In this document: in pieces, positions 8,419 through 17,970 of the stretch | Numbering within the stretch: the stretch's first letter is position 1 | How the letters are laid out: every line of letters starts with the position of its first letter | IMG/VR virus record: IMGVR_UViG_2541047855_000003 | Source of the DNA: a virus | Lineage: Duplodnaviria > Heunggongvirae > Uroviricota > Caudoviricetes | Strand: one strand, 5' to 3' | DNA: 36,859 bases | Made by a program: the position numbers and the translations under genes | Notes under the pieces: model-generated | Database searches by the model: none | What the model saw: the letters and a program-made list of their open reading frames with translations, nothing else | Told to the model about the DNA's origin: nothing

Positions 8419-10644
8419 ATGGCGAAAACTAATTTTCTGATTGGACGCGGCGAATTATTAACCAGCGATATTCCTGGTCCTAAAAGAGTGCCCGGAAAAG
8501 CTGAGGTTTATTCTCTTTACGAATCGAAACAACGTTTATTGCCGCAAATTGCATCTACTATAGAAAATTTTGATGATTTACCCAGTCAGGCATGTCCTTA
8601 TGATTATGCTGTGGCTAAGTTGACGTTGAATCCGAGCTATATTGCACGCTCTTTTTTTCCTGCAAAAATGCTTAAGTCTACCGGGTTAACGTCTATTGGC
8701 AGCAGGACGGTAAAAATTACGCCTCAAAGCTGGAAGCGAAAAGTTACTGTGTCAGAAGTAACTACGACACAAATGTTTGTTGCTGGTAAAAGAGAATCCT
8801 TCAAAGAGTTACCTCATTGGGTGTCAGGACTCAAAGAGTTTTCTGACGAAGCGATTGATTTTGCACGCATAGAACGGTTCGATGCCTATTTACCCGAAGA
8901 GCGTATTATTACCATTGGTGAGCAGGATTCTTCGTATTTTGAGGTTGGTGTTCATTTACTGCCAGATAATGAACAAGACTTGGTTCAGCAACAATTTGTT
9001 CAGTTTGCATCAAATTTGAACATCAAAGTACATACTTCATTAGCTTTTACCGCTGGTACATTATGGTTCGTGCCAATCCAGGCCGATAGAATTACTATTA
9101 GTAAGCTTGCGAAATTTACATTTGTACGAGTAATAAGACCGGTTCCAAGATTGCGTGGGATTAGACCAATACAAAGGAACTACGGTCCTTTAGCTCAGTG
9201 TAAGTTGCCTGCTGAGGGCCCCGTATCTTCAGAAATAAAAGTTGCGATTCTTGATGGTGGTTTACCATCAGAGCACACTATATCGCCATGGTTAAAATCC
9301 TATAGAGTTTTGGACGATCATGCAGAGGATGATCCAGACGGTTTAGAGCATGGTTTAGCTGTGTCTTCAGCCTTTTTATTTGGACCAATAAGTAATAAAT
9401 CGGAAGCGAAAAGACCATACTCTTATATTGATAACTTAAGAGTTTTGGACAACAAGACCTGCCAAGAAGATCCGCTGGAACTATATCGAACTTTGGGCTT
9501 TATTGAAGAGGTATTGTTGTCTCGCCAGTATCAGTTTATCAATCTAAGTTTAGGTCCAGACCTACCAATTGAAGATACGGAAGTTCATGCATGGACTTCC
9601 GTTATTGATGATTTGTTAAGTGATGGTGAAACATTAATGACTGTTGCTGTTGGCAACAATGGAGAAATGGATCGCAAGTCTGGTAATGCAAGAATTCAAG
9701 TACCAGCCGATTGCGTTAATGCTCTTGCTGTTGGTGCTTGTGATACAGTTAATGATACGGAATGGAAACGAGCACCATATAGCGCCATTGGGCCAGGCAG
9801 AAGTCCTGGCGTGATGAAACCGGATTTAGTTGCGTTTGGTGGTGACACAGACGAGTACTTTCATGTTTTAGGTAAAGGTAAGAAGCCTGTAATCATACCC
9901 CAGCTAGGAACAAGCTTTGCCTCTCCTTACGCCTTACGAGCAGCTGTTGGTGTTCGGGCAGTTTTAGGGAACGATTTGAGCCTACTAGCAATCAAAGCTT
10001 TGTTAATTCATGCGTCAAAACAGCTTGATCATCCTTGTACAGAAGTTGGCTGGGGAAAACTGCCTGAAGACTTGAACGACATTATAGTCAGCCCTGATGG
10101 TATTGCCCGTATCGTCTACCAAGGTGAATTGAAACCAGGAAAATACTTACGCGCTTCTCTTCCAATACCTGAAGGTGGCTTGAAAGGTAGAATAAACTTA
10201 GCGGCAACTTTCTGTTATGCAACAACCACTGATCCACAAGACCCAGCTTCCTATACAAAAGCTGGTTTGGAAGTGACATTCCGGCCAAATGATTCAAAAA
10301 TCAAAGACGGAAAACAAAATGCTGAAACCAAGGGATTCTTTGAACTGGCCAAATATTCAACTGAAAGTGAGCGACGTTCTGACATGGGCAAATGGGAGAC
10401 CGTCTTACATAATTCGAAGAACATGCTAGGTTCAACTCTAAAAAATCCTGTATTTGACATTCATTATAACGCTCGTGAGGCCGGTGCAAGCATAGCCAGC
10501 CATAAGGCAGAAAAAATCAAGTATGCTCTTATAATTACCATTAAGGCATCAAAGCACCAAGACCTGTATAACGAAATTTTACGTACTTATAATCAGGTGC
10601 TCGTGCCAATTCAACCGCAAACATCAATTCCTATTCGTTCGTAA
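8419..10644 (+). CDS. ietS: Cytoplasmic subtilisin-like S8 serine peptidase with large N- and C-terminal extra domains (IetS-like candidate)
   Basis: S8 triad in canonical order: D279 (VAILDGG, nt about 9253), H311 (EHGLAVSS, about 9349), S499 (GTSFASP, about 9913), oxyanion Asn in VGNNGE; no N-terminal signal peptide; AAGGAG RBS 5 nt upstream. Confidence 0.85.
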   Translation: MAKTNFLIGRGELLTSDIPGPKRVPGKAEVYSLYESKQRLLPQIASTIENFDDLPSQACPYDYAVAKLTLNPSYIARSFFPAKMLKSTGLTSIGSRTVKITPQSWKRKVTVSEVTTTQMFVAGKRESFKELPHWVSGLKEFSDEAIDFARIERFDAYLPEERIITIGEQDSSYFEVGVHLLPDNEQDLVQQQFVQFASNLNIKVHTSLAFTAGTLWFVPIQADRITISKLAKFTFVRVIRPVPRLRGIRPIQRNYGPLAQCKLPAEGPVSSEIKVAILDGGLPSEHTISPWLKSYRVLDDHAEDDPDGLEHGLAVSSAFLFGPISNKSEAKRPYSYIDNLRVLDNKTCQEDPLELYRTLGFIEEVLLSRQYQFINLSLGPDLPIEDTEVHAWTSVIDDLLSDGETLMTVAVGNNGEMDRKSGNARIQVPADCVNALAVGACDTVNDTEWKRAPYSAIGPGRSPGVMKPDLVAFGGDTDEYFHVLGKGKKPVIIPQLGTSFASPYALRAAVGVRAVLGNDLSLLAIKALLIHASKQLDHPCTEVGWGKLPEDLNDIIVSPDGIARIVYQGELKPGKYLRASLPIPEGGLKGRINLAATFCYATTTDPQDPASYTKAGLEVTFRPNDSKIKDGKQNAETKGFFELAKYSTESERRSDMGKWETVLHNSKNMLGSTLKNPVFDIHYNAREAGASIASHKAEKIKYALIITIKASKHQDLYNEILRTYNQVLVPIQPQTSIPIRS

Positions 10645-10660
10645 TCCTTCAAGACATAAT

Positions 10661-10688
10661 GCCCCTCAATTTGAGGGGCATTTCTTTG
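10661..10688 (+). terminator. Rho-independent terminator after the subtilase gene
   Basis: Stem GCCCCTCAA / TTGAGGGGC followed by ATTTCTTT. Confidence 0.65.
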
Positions 10689-10713
10689 CACAAAAGTGCA
10701 CAAATTTGCACAA
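10687..10713. repeat. Three helically phased TGCACAA direct repeats (10-bp period)
   Basis: TGCACAA at 10687-10693, 10697-10703 and 10707-10713. Confidence 0.6.
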
Positions 10714-10739
10714 TTTTTTTGAACAACTTTTTACCCTTC

Positions 10740-11137
10740 CGGCCCGCATGGCGGCTGGATCCGTCAAGGATCCGTGCGTGCACAAAAAAACGCGTTTTTT
10801 CTGCGCGCAGGTGACGGGGGAACAGCCCGCGTTTCAGGGGGTAAATAGCATCCCCTGAACGATGTCGCAGCGACACAACAGAATGGCTGTATTTCTCACG
10901 CTGAGCGTGAAAAAGGCGTGAGGGCTTTTGATTTGATGGGGTGGCAGATAAGGCCGTCAAAATCGCACTGAAGCGGCGAGAACATACAGTCAACGCGGTG
11001 GGATTGCGTAAGAGTCTGACCGTCGATGGTGGCGATAAACTGGAAGGCGTCGTGAAATTATCTGATTGATACAGGAGCTGGAGAGTCGGGGCATAAATTT
11101 TTTATGCCCCGGCGAAGCAGCAGACAAGCGAAGCGCG
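10740..11137. other. Structured non-coding region between cargo island 1 and portal gene; putative packaging (cos) region
   Basis: GGATCCGT twice (10757-10764, 10768-10775), palindrome AAAAAAACGCGTTTTTT (10784-10800), G-rich segment GGTGACGGGGGAACAGCCC (10810-10828) loosely resembling the remembered P2 cos ends, palindrome GGGGCAT...ATGCCCC (11083-11105). Exact cos not assignable. Confidence 0.3.
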
Positions 11138-12184
11138 TCAGGATGTGGGCTGGGTGTCTAACAGTGCGTAAGGGTTAAAGCGGATCACCTCTTCGCCAAG
11201 CCAGTCATTGATGTGCTTCATGGCCTCCATGACGGGCATCAGCTCGTTAATTGCGTAAACCCGCGCGGCCTTCTCCACATCACCAAATGCACTTTTTTCG
11301 CCCGGCATCGCCCCCATCAGTTGCGGCGGAACGCGGTGCACAGCCAGCACATCATCACGGGATGCCGCCTTAACATTCATGAACTCATCCTTTGCGGTGA
11401 TCTGCTGGAACGGCAAAATTTGCACACCTTCTTTGCCCCCGTTGGGCGCATGAATGAGCACGTTTTTAAACGCACCACCACCACGTGCACCCTGTAGCGT
11501 TTCTTTCAGGGAGTCCATGCTTTCGCGGTTTACCTGCGCTGCACCGATGTAGATGATACACCCGGCGTGGGATCCGTTGTCGTAATACAGTTTTCTGAAC
11601 ATGTCCGCCGAATGAGACAGGCTGGCCGAGAGTAATGCGCCGAGATATTCCGGCATGCCGTAGATTTCCTGGTTAATGTCAGGATTCATCAGGTGGCACA
11701 CTTTGCCAGGGCGAAACTGAAACGCGTCCTTACCATCCTGCACATACCACCATGATTCAAGATCGCTTCCGCGTCGCATGTATTTCGCCAGGGCGTGCCG
11801 TAATTTAAGCGGTTCGCCGAGCATATTGCTTCGAAGCTCAAGGAATGCGTTACCGAACACAAACCAGTCCAGCGCCAGCGCCGAGAAATCCTGCCGGGAA
11901 AGCAGCGGGTGCGGGATGTAGCAACCGAGTAATACATTGCGCTTAAAGTAAAGCGCAGACTGATGCCAGGACGTTTGCCGGGCTGCTCTTGCCAGACCGT
12001 ACCAGTCCACCGGGGTTTCATACCACCGCCCGTTATCAGCACAGTACATATTGTCCAGCAGGTCATGCCCGGTCAGGCGATAAGGACCATCAAATGTGAA
12101 TGCACTGAGCGATGATTCTTTCCTGAGCGCATCAGCGAGATCAATGCGTGAACTCATGCGCACTTTTTTATTTTTTCTGCTCAT
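11138..12184 (-). CDS. Q: Portal protein (P2 gpQ-like)
   Basis: 348 aa, minus strand, immediately downstream of the terminase ATPase gene as in P2; size matches gpQ. Confidence 0.85.
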   Translation of the reverse strand: MSRKNKKVRMSSRIDLADALRKESSLSAFTFDGPYRLTGHDLLDNMYCADNGRWYETPVDWYGLARAARQTSWHQSALYFKRNVLLGCYIPHPLLSRQDFSALALDWFVFGNAFLELRSNMLGEPLKLRHALAKYMRRGSDLESWWYVQDGKDAFQFRPGKVCHLMNPDINQEIYGMPEYLGALLSASLSHSADMFRKLYYDNGSHAGCIIYIGAAQVNRESMDSLKETLQGARGGGAFKNVLIHAPNGGKEGVQILPFQQITAKDEFMNVKAASRDDVLAVHRVPPQLMGAMPGEKSAFGDVEKAARVYAINELMPVMEAMKHINDWLGEEVIRFNPYALLDTQPTS

Positions 12185-13935
12185 CAGAACTCCATAACCG
12201 TGAAACGCTCGTTTTCTCCTTCGCCGCCAATCGGTTCGTTAATGACAGCAAGCATGGTTGCCCACGCAAGGTCGCCGTGGCTGATCCCCCTCGCGCGGTC
12301 CGTTTCGTAAGTGATAAAGCCGCCCGGTGTTTTCACCTTACGCACGGCGTTAAAGGCCGCGACCAGCTCGCGTTCGGCGCGATCGTATTCCCACCGCCCG
12401 GCACGCATTATTTGCAGCATTTTCAGTACCAGCGACCGTTTTGATGACAGCGTGAAGGTGTACGGAATAGCAGCAGGGAAAAACCGTTTCACTATCTGAT
12501 AAACAGCCTCCCCGTTCCCGCCCGTCACATCAATGCCGATGTGTTCCACGTTGTAGCGATACGTGAACTCTTCAATGACTCTGGCCTGTTCTTCAAACTC
12601 CAGCCCCTGAACGCGTCGCGTCTCCACCGTTCGAAAACGGCCACCAGGAACAGCCGGAGGAACCACCACGGACACTGCGCCGCTGTCGCCGTTTCCACTG
12701 CTGCCGTTTGCGTCATACCCAATCCATACCGGACGATTCCCCATCGGGCGGGGAGCAAAAGGTTTCCAGTCTTTCCAGTCGTCGTATCCGTCAACACCGC
12801 AGCCAATCAGGATATTCAGGTTAAATGCCGATTCCCCTTCGCGAACAAACTCACACATATAGAGATTGAGGAACTCGTCTTCGGTGTTTTCATCACGGAT
12901 TTCGTCAATATCGGTGTGTTTCCAGCCGTGATTAACCACATCTTCCAGCGTGACAATTTGCCGCCACGTCCGGTCAGGGCAGATAAGCCCGTTATGCAGC
13001 GTTTTCCAGTCCACAGAAAAACGCTGGCGTTTATGCGAGGCCTTTTTCTCGTTCCAGCGGTCGCCGTTCCAGTAGGCGTATGCCTCGTGCGTTTCGGTGG
13101 ATGGCGTGGAGAAGTAGGTGCGCCGCAGTCCGCTGAGGGTTGCCATAGCGCCAGCCACCTTGCGCAGTTCAGCAAAGCGACTGACCCAGAAAAATTCATC
13201 AAAATAAAAATTGCCCGTATAGGACTGTGCCGACGCAGCAGAAGTGCCGAGAAAATGCAGCTCTGCGCCGTTGGAGAGGATGATTTTATCGCCCCCTTTC
13301 AGCTCCACATCAACTTCAGCCGCGGCCTTCTGAATAATGCTTTTAAACTGGAACGCCTGACGACGCGACGCAGACAAAAAAATCTGGTTACGCTGGTAAG
13401 GTTGCGCCACATCGTCACGCAGCGCCATCAGCAGAGCTTCCTGTGCAAAATACCAGGTCGCCCCAATCTGTCGGGATTTCAGGATCATCCTGTTACGTAT
13501 CCCGGCTTCCCTGCAAAGTGTCAGGGAGTCAAACCAGCCCCGCTGATGCCACTCCAGCCTGCTGATGATTTTTTCCCGCAGTGCGGCAATCTGTTCCGGC
13601 GTGAAATGATTTTTGAGTTTTTTCGCTCGGCCTTTCTTTCCTGCGGCCATCACATCCGGCTGACCATCATGCAGCTTTTTAAGCTGCCGGGTCAGCAGGT
13701 CTATTTCCTTGAAGTCACCGCCTGTTTTATTCTGTTTTTCAGTAAGCTGGATGAGGCGCGCATCGATGGACTGCGTGACACGCTGCACGGGTGGCGTTTC
13801 ATCCCACTGGTCGCGTTTTTTCCACGCATAAATCGTGTTCGGGTTTATTCCCATCAGACGTGATATTTCTGCGGGCGGATAACCCTGCCAGTAAAGTTGC
13901 CGCGCACGCTGGCGCACAAAAGCGTCCTGAATCAT
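12184..13935 (-). CDS. P: Terminase large (ATPase) subunit (P2 gpP-like)
   Basis: 583 aa, divergent from the O-N-M capsid operon as in P2; size and context match gpP. Confidence 0.85.
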   Translation of the reverse strand: MIQDAFVRQRARQLYWQGYPPAEISRLMGINPNTIYAWKKRDQWDETPPVQRVTQSIDARLIQLTEKQNKTGGDFKEIDLLTRQLKKLHDGQPDVMAAGKKGRAKKLKNHFTPEQIAALREKIISRLEWHQRGWFDSLTLCREAGIRNRMILKSRQIGATWYFAQEALLMALRDDVAQPYQRNQIFLSASRRQAFQFKSIIQKAAAEVDVELKGGDKIILSNGAELHFLGTSAASAQSYTGNFYFDEFFWVSRFAELRKVAGAMATLSGLRRTYFSTPSTETHEAYAYWNGDRWNEKKASHKRQRFSVDWKTLHNGLICPDRTWRQIVTLEDVVNHGWKHTDIDEIRDENTEDEFLNLYMCEFVREGESAFNLNILIGCGVDGYDDWKDWKPFAPRPMGNRPVWIGYDANGSSGNGDSGAVSVVVPPAVPGGRFRTVETRRVQGLEFEEQARVIEEFTYRYNVEHIGIDVTGGNGEAVYQIVKRFFPAAIPYTFTLSSKRSLVLKMLQIMRAGRWEYDRAERELVAAFNAVRKVKTPGGFITYETDRARGISHGDLAWATMLAVINEPIGGEGENERFTVMEF

Positions 13936-14089
13936 TGCTCCCCCTGAGTAATTACAGGAAGATTACCCGCGCGCGAAACCGTTCTCCTTAACCCCCTGTT
14001 CTGGCCGTTTTCTTACAACAAAAGCCCTTTGTATCAGCCTGTTACGCTTTGCCATCATGACTGAAGAACCAGTCAGAGGGGCAAAAACT

Positions 14090-14926
14090 ATGGCTAATGA
14101 AAAAAAGACATCCCGCAAAAAGTTTCGCGTGGCTGTCTCCGGATCAACTGTTGATGGCCGCGAAATCAGCCCGGTACATCTGCGTGAAGCCGCCGAGAAC
14201 TTCAACCCGGATGTTTACGCTGCCCGCGTGAACGTTGAGCACTATCTCTCGCCATGCCCGTCAAGCGAATTTTCCGCAATGGGCGATGTCACCGCGCTGA
14301 GTACGGAAGATATTACGGAAGGCCCGCTGGCCGGACGTACTGCGCTGTATGCAGAAATCGAACCGACCGAGCGCATGAAGCAGCTTGTCGCTGACGGCAA
14401 GAAAATCTATTCCAGTATCGAACTGCACCCGCAGTTCTCCGTTAACGGGCGCGCCTATCTGGTCGGGCTGGCGATGACCGACACCCCGGCAAGCCTGGGC
14501 ACTGAGCGCCTGAAATTCACGGCACAGCAACGTCAGGCGGTGATGACGTTCAACAGTATCCAGGGTGAAGCACCGCTTATCTCCGAAGCCATCGAGTCTG
14601 AAATCATCGAAATGGCAGAACAACGCCAGGAAGAAGGCACCCAGTGGTTTAACCGCGTAATGGGGATTATTGGTCGTGGCCGCAAAGCGGATGACGCCAG
14701 TTTCTCCCGTATTCAGGAAGCGGTGGAAGGCGTCGCAACGTCACAGGCCGACATTATCGACCGTTTTAATGTGCTGGAAACCCGCCATCAGCAGGACCGC
14801 CAGAAAATTACGTCACTGACCACAGAGCTGACAGCACTGAAGGAAAAACTGCGCACGCAGGACGGCGATCCGCAGAACCGGTTCACCGCAACGGGCGCAG
14901 CCTCCGACCAGCTGGCTGACTTCTGA
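14090..14926 (+). CDS. O: Capsid scaffolding protein (P2 gpO-like)
   Basis: Segment FRVAVSGSTVDGREISPVHL resembles the gpO N-terminus; GAGGGG RBS before ATG 14090 (longer ORF from 14057). Confidence 0.8.
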   Translation: MANEKKTSRKKFRVAVSGSTVDGREISPVHLREAAENFNPDVYAARVNVEHYLSPCPSSEFSAMGDVTALSTEDITEGPLAGRTALYAEIEPTERMKQLVADGKKIYSSIELHPQFSVNGRAYLVGLAMTDTPASLGTERLKFTAQQRQAVMTFNSIQGEAPLISEAIESEIIEMAEQRQEEGTQWFNRVMGIIGRGRKADDASFSRIQEAVEGVATSQADIIDRFNVLETRHQQDRQKITSLTTELTALKEKLRTQDGDPQNRFTATGAASDQLADF

Positions 14927-14949
14927 TAAGACAAAGGAGCAAATTTTTT

Positions 14950-16002
14950 ATGAATCTGGTGATGTCAGATATTACCCGCAACAAGCTGGGTTGCTATATG
15001 GCGCAGCAGGCGTCGCTTAACAATATCCCGGTATCTGCACTGGTATCGCGATTTACCGTGGAACCCGCGGTGCAGCAGCGTTTTGAAAACGCCTCAAAGG
15101 AAAGTACCGAATTTACGAAAAGAATTAACGTGATCGGCGTGACCGACCAGAAAGGCGAAAAAATCCTCCTGGATACCACAGGACCAATTGCGCGCACGAA
15201 TACCAGTTATGACGGAACAAAACGCCGTAACCCGAATAATGTGGTTGATCTGAAAAACCGCAAATACCAGTGCGAACAGGTGAACTACGACACGTTTATT
15301 TCGTATCCGCAGCTTGATGCCTGGTCGGCACACCCTGATTTTCAGTCCCGCATCAGCGCACAGATTGCCCGACAGGTGGCGCTTGACCGCATCATGATCG
15401 GTTTCAACGGCACGTCTCACGCGGATGAGTCCAACTTCAGCACCAACAAGCTGCTTCAGGACGTTAACGTGGGCTGGCTGGAGCACATCAGAACCGACGC
15501 CAGCGAACGCGTTATGAATGACGTGACGCTGACCTCCCGCAACATGGACAACACCGTGGCGCACGCGGGTAAGTATGCGAACGCTGATGCACTGGTACAG
15601 GACGCGCGTTCATCCCTGCTGGATGAATGGCACAAGGAAGCTGACGACCTCGTGGTGATTATGGGGCGCAACCTGTTTAACTCGCTGCGTCTGCCCGTGC
15701 TGAACAGCATCAGCGGCCAGAATCCCAATGCGGAATTACTTGCCGGGCAGCTCATCCTGTCATCGCGCACCATTGGCGGGCTGGGCGTGTTCCTTGCGCC
15801 GTTCTTCCCGGATGCAACGATGCTGATCACCTCGTTCAACAACCTGTCGATTTACTGGCAGAAAGGTTCAATGCGTCGTCTGATGAAAGACGAACCGGAA
15901 TACAACCGCATCGCCACCTATCAGTCCATCAATGACGCTTATGTCGTTGAAGACTATGGCAAGTGCGCGATGGTCACTGGCCTGAAGTTCGCCGACAGCT
16001 AA
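14950..16002 (+). CDS. N: Major capsid protein (P2 gpN-like)
   Basis: 350 aa; motifs FTVEP, MIGFNGTSHA, LQDVNVGWL, LITSFNNLSIYW, VVEDYGKCA align with remembered gpN. Confidence 0.9.
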   Translation: MNLVMSDITRNKLGCYMAQQASLNNIPVSALVSRFTVEPAVQQRFENASKESTEFTKRINVIGVTDQKGEKILLDTTGPIARTNTSYDGTKRRNPNNVVDLKNRKYQCEQVNYDTFISYPQLDAWSAHPDFQSRISAQIARQVALDRIMIGFNGTSHADESNFSTNKLLQDVNVGWLEHIRTDASERVMNDVTLTSRNMDNTVAHAGKYANADALVQDARSSLLDEWHKEADDLVVIMGRNLFNSLRLPVLNSISGQNPNAELLAGQLILSSRTIGGLGVFLAPFFPDATMLITSFNNLSIYWQKGSMRRLMKDEPEYNRIATYQSINDAYVVEDYGKCAMVTGLKFADS

Positions 16003-16047
16003 TCAACTCACGGCGGGCATCATGCCCGCCTGTAACGGAGAGAAAAA

Positions 16048-16848
16048 ATGATTACTCCTGCACAGCAACACTGGCAGAACGTGATGGCACAGCGCGCAGG
16101 CCGGGCGAATGAAGGCGTGGACCACGCCGCGCGTACCGCGCATGAAGAGGTGCTGTATCGTCTGCGTCTGGCACAGGCCCGGCTTAAGGGCGTACAGGCC
16201 AGAAGCGCGAAAGCCGCCATCAAAAAAGAGTTGTTGCCGGACTTTTCCGGCTGGATTGAGGGAACGCTGGAGGCTGACGGCGGGCAGCAGGATGAAGTGA
16301 TTGCCACGCTGATGGTGTGGGCGATTGACTGCGGCGATCTTCCGCTGGCGCTGCGTATTGGTGCGTATGTGGTCCGTCACAACCTCATTATGCCGGATAA
16401 CTTTGGCCGTACTGCTGCCACGGTACTGACCGAAGAAATCTGTAATCCGGTACTGACGCAGGCCGGGACGGATGCCGACGCGGATTTGTCCGCCTTTATC
16501 GAACCACTGGACACCCTCCGGGAGATTGTCACCGACCAGGACATGCCGGACGAAGTGCGCGCCAAATTATGCAAGGCGTGCGCCTTTGCCCGCCGTGGCC
16601 TGACCGATGCGGACAGCATGGCCTCATCACTGAAGCTGCTGCGCGAAGCGATGCACCTGAACCCGAACGCAGGTGTGAAACGCGAGATTGCAACCCTTTC
16701 CCGCGCCCTGAAAAAAGCCGATTCCGCAGCCGCATCAGAAGACGCCAGCGCACAGCAGGCGCAGGACGAAAGCAGCAAAAGTAAAAAGACAACGCGGAAG
16801 CCTGCAACACGAAAAACCACCGCGACGCAGAAGGCGAAGCGCGGTTAA
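16048..16848 (+). CDS. M: Terminase small subunit / endonuclease (P2 gpM-like)
   Basis: 266 aa; MPDEVRAKL and AGVKKEI-like motifs; basic Lys/Arg-rich C-terminus. Confidence 0.85.
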   Translation: MITPAQQHWQNVMAQRAGRANEGVDHAARTAHEEVLYRLRLAQARLKGVQARSAKAAIKKELLPDFSGWIEGTLEADGGQQDEVIATLMVWAIDCGDLPLALRIGAYVVRHNLIMPDNFGRTAATVLTEEICNPVLTQAGTDADADLSAFIEPLDTLREIVTDQDMPDEVRAKLCKACAFARRGLTDADSMASSLKLLREAMHLNPNAGVKREIATLSRALKKADSAAASEDASAQQAQDESSKSKKTTRKPATRKTTATQKAKRG

Positions 16849-16949
16849 CGACTGACCCCGTCAGCGGGCGGCGTGCGCGGTGTTCCGGTTTGACTCCGTG
16901 GCCGTTTACACCGCGCACCCACCGCCCGATTTTTTCAGGAGTGAATCCC

Positions 16950-17444
16950 ATGAGCATGGTTGCCAGAACCAACCCCGGCCCCGCAGAGGACGACATCACC
17001 GATACCGATGATGGTGATACCCGTATTTCAGCGGGTGCATTCTGGCCGGATATTGTGCTGCGCGAGCTGCGTCTGGCGATACGACTGCCGGGCCGTGTGA
17101 CCACCTCCCGCCTGCTGCATACCGCCACCGGGGCCGTGGCACACGTTACCCGCGAGCTGGAAGCGTGGCAGCAGGAACAGCAGGCGGCTGGCCATCAGAC
17201 GCTGGCCGATGTTCCGGCACCCGTAATTAACGGAGAAAGCGTCAATCTCTGGCTCTGGCGCAATGCTGTTTATACCGCCACACGCGCCCTGATTCTGGAG
17301 CGTTACCGCGATGCGGACACAACAGACAAGGGCGACCGCCGGGCGGATGCACTGGATATACAGACATCGGATTTGTGGCGCGATGTGAGCTGGGCCATCT
17401 CTGACATTCTGTGCCGCCCGCGAATCTTTGCGGAGTTGTGCTGA
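16950..17444 (+). CDS. L: Head completion/stabilisation protein (P2 gpL-like)
   Basis: ADVPAPVINGESV and ERYRDADTTDKGDRRADAL resemble gpL; AGGAG RBS before ATG 16950. Confidence 0.8.
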   Translation: MSMVARTNPGPAEDDITDTDDGDTRISAGAFWPDIVLRELRLAIRLPGRVTTSRLLHTATGAVAHVTRELEAWQQEQQAAGHQTLADVPAPVINGESVNLWLWRNAVYTATRALILERYRDADTTDKGDRRADALDIQTSDLWRDVSWAISDILCRPRIFAELC

Positions 17445-17644
17445 TGAAAGTGAAGGCACTGGAAGGCGACACCGTGGATTCGCTCTGTTTCCGGTACTAC
17501 GGCACGACGCAGGGCGTCACCGAAAAGGTGCTGGATGCCAACCCCGGACTCTGTCAGCAGGTATTTCTGGACGCCGGGCAGGAAGTGGAGATGCCGGAGC
17601 CGGAGAAGAAGAAACGAGAAATGATTCAGTTGTGGGGGGAGTAG
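17444..17644 (+). CDS. X: Tail protein X (gpX-like)
   Basis: MKVKALEGDTVDSLCFRYYGTTQGVTEKVLDANPGL resembles gpX; ATG overlaps the L stop. Confidence 0.75.
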   Translation: MKVKALEGDTVDSLCFRYYGTTQGVTEKVLDANPGLCQQVFLDAGQEVEMPEPEKKKREMIQLWGE

Positions 17645-17646
17645 CA

Positions 17647-17970
17647 GTGAGCACCATTCAAACAGGGATCACAGAGCAGGTTATTGCGTGGCTCTTTGAC
17701 CACCTGCCAACGGTGTATGCAGTAGGCGCGGCGGTCAGCATTTCCGCGCTGATGAGTCTTTATGACGGACGAACACTGGTTCAGACCGTAACGGGATCGC
17801 TGGCGTGCGGCGTTCTTGCCATGGCCGTGGCCGGGTCGTTGCGCTTCTTCGGGTTTCCTGAAGATGCCGTGACGTTTATCGGCGCATCAATCGGTTTTAT
17901 GGGTGCAGAGAAAGCACGCGACAAGGTTATTGCGGCCTTTAATCGCAGGGTGAAGGAGAAGGACGAATGA
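17647..17970 (+). CDS. Putative holin
   Basis: Probable GTG start with G-rich RBS; hydrophobic segments (VYAVGAAVSISALMSLY, LACGVLAMAVAGSL); directly precedes the endolysin. Confidence 0.55.
   Translation: MSTIQTGITEQVIAWLFDHLPTVYAVGAAVSISALMSLYDGRTLVQTVTGSLACGVLAMAVAGSLRFFGFPEDAVTFIGASIGFMGAEKARDKVIAAFNRRVKEKDE

Noticed and set aside
7274-10644. ATPase + subtilase pair as a type VII secretion-like EccA/mycosin pair, or a secreted protease with chaperone
   Set aside because: No signal peptide or TM anchor on the subtilase, no other secretion components, enterobacterial phage context; location in a prophage cargo hotspot fits a cytoplasmic defence module better.
10649-10993. 114-aa minus-strand ORF in the region between the subtilase gene and the portal gene
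   Set aside because: Spans the subtilase terminator and the repeat/palindrome-rich non-coding region; Arg-rich translation without RBS; more likely non-coding packaging/regulatory DNA.
12541-13863. 440-aa ORF on the + strand
   Set aside because: Lies entirely antisense to the terminase ATPase gene P; no motifs, typical long shadow ORF in GC-rich coding DNA.
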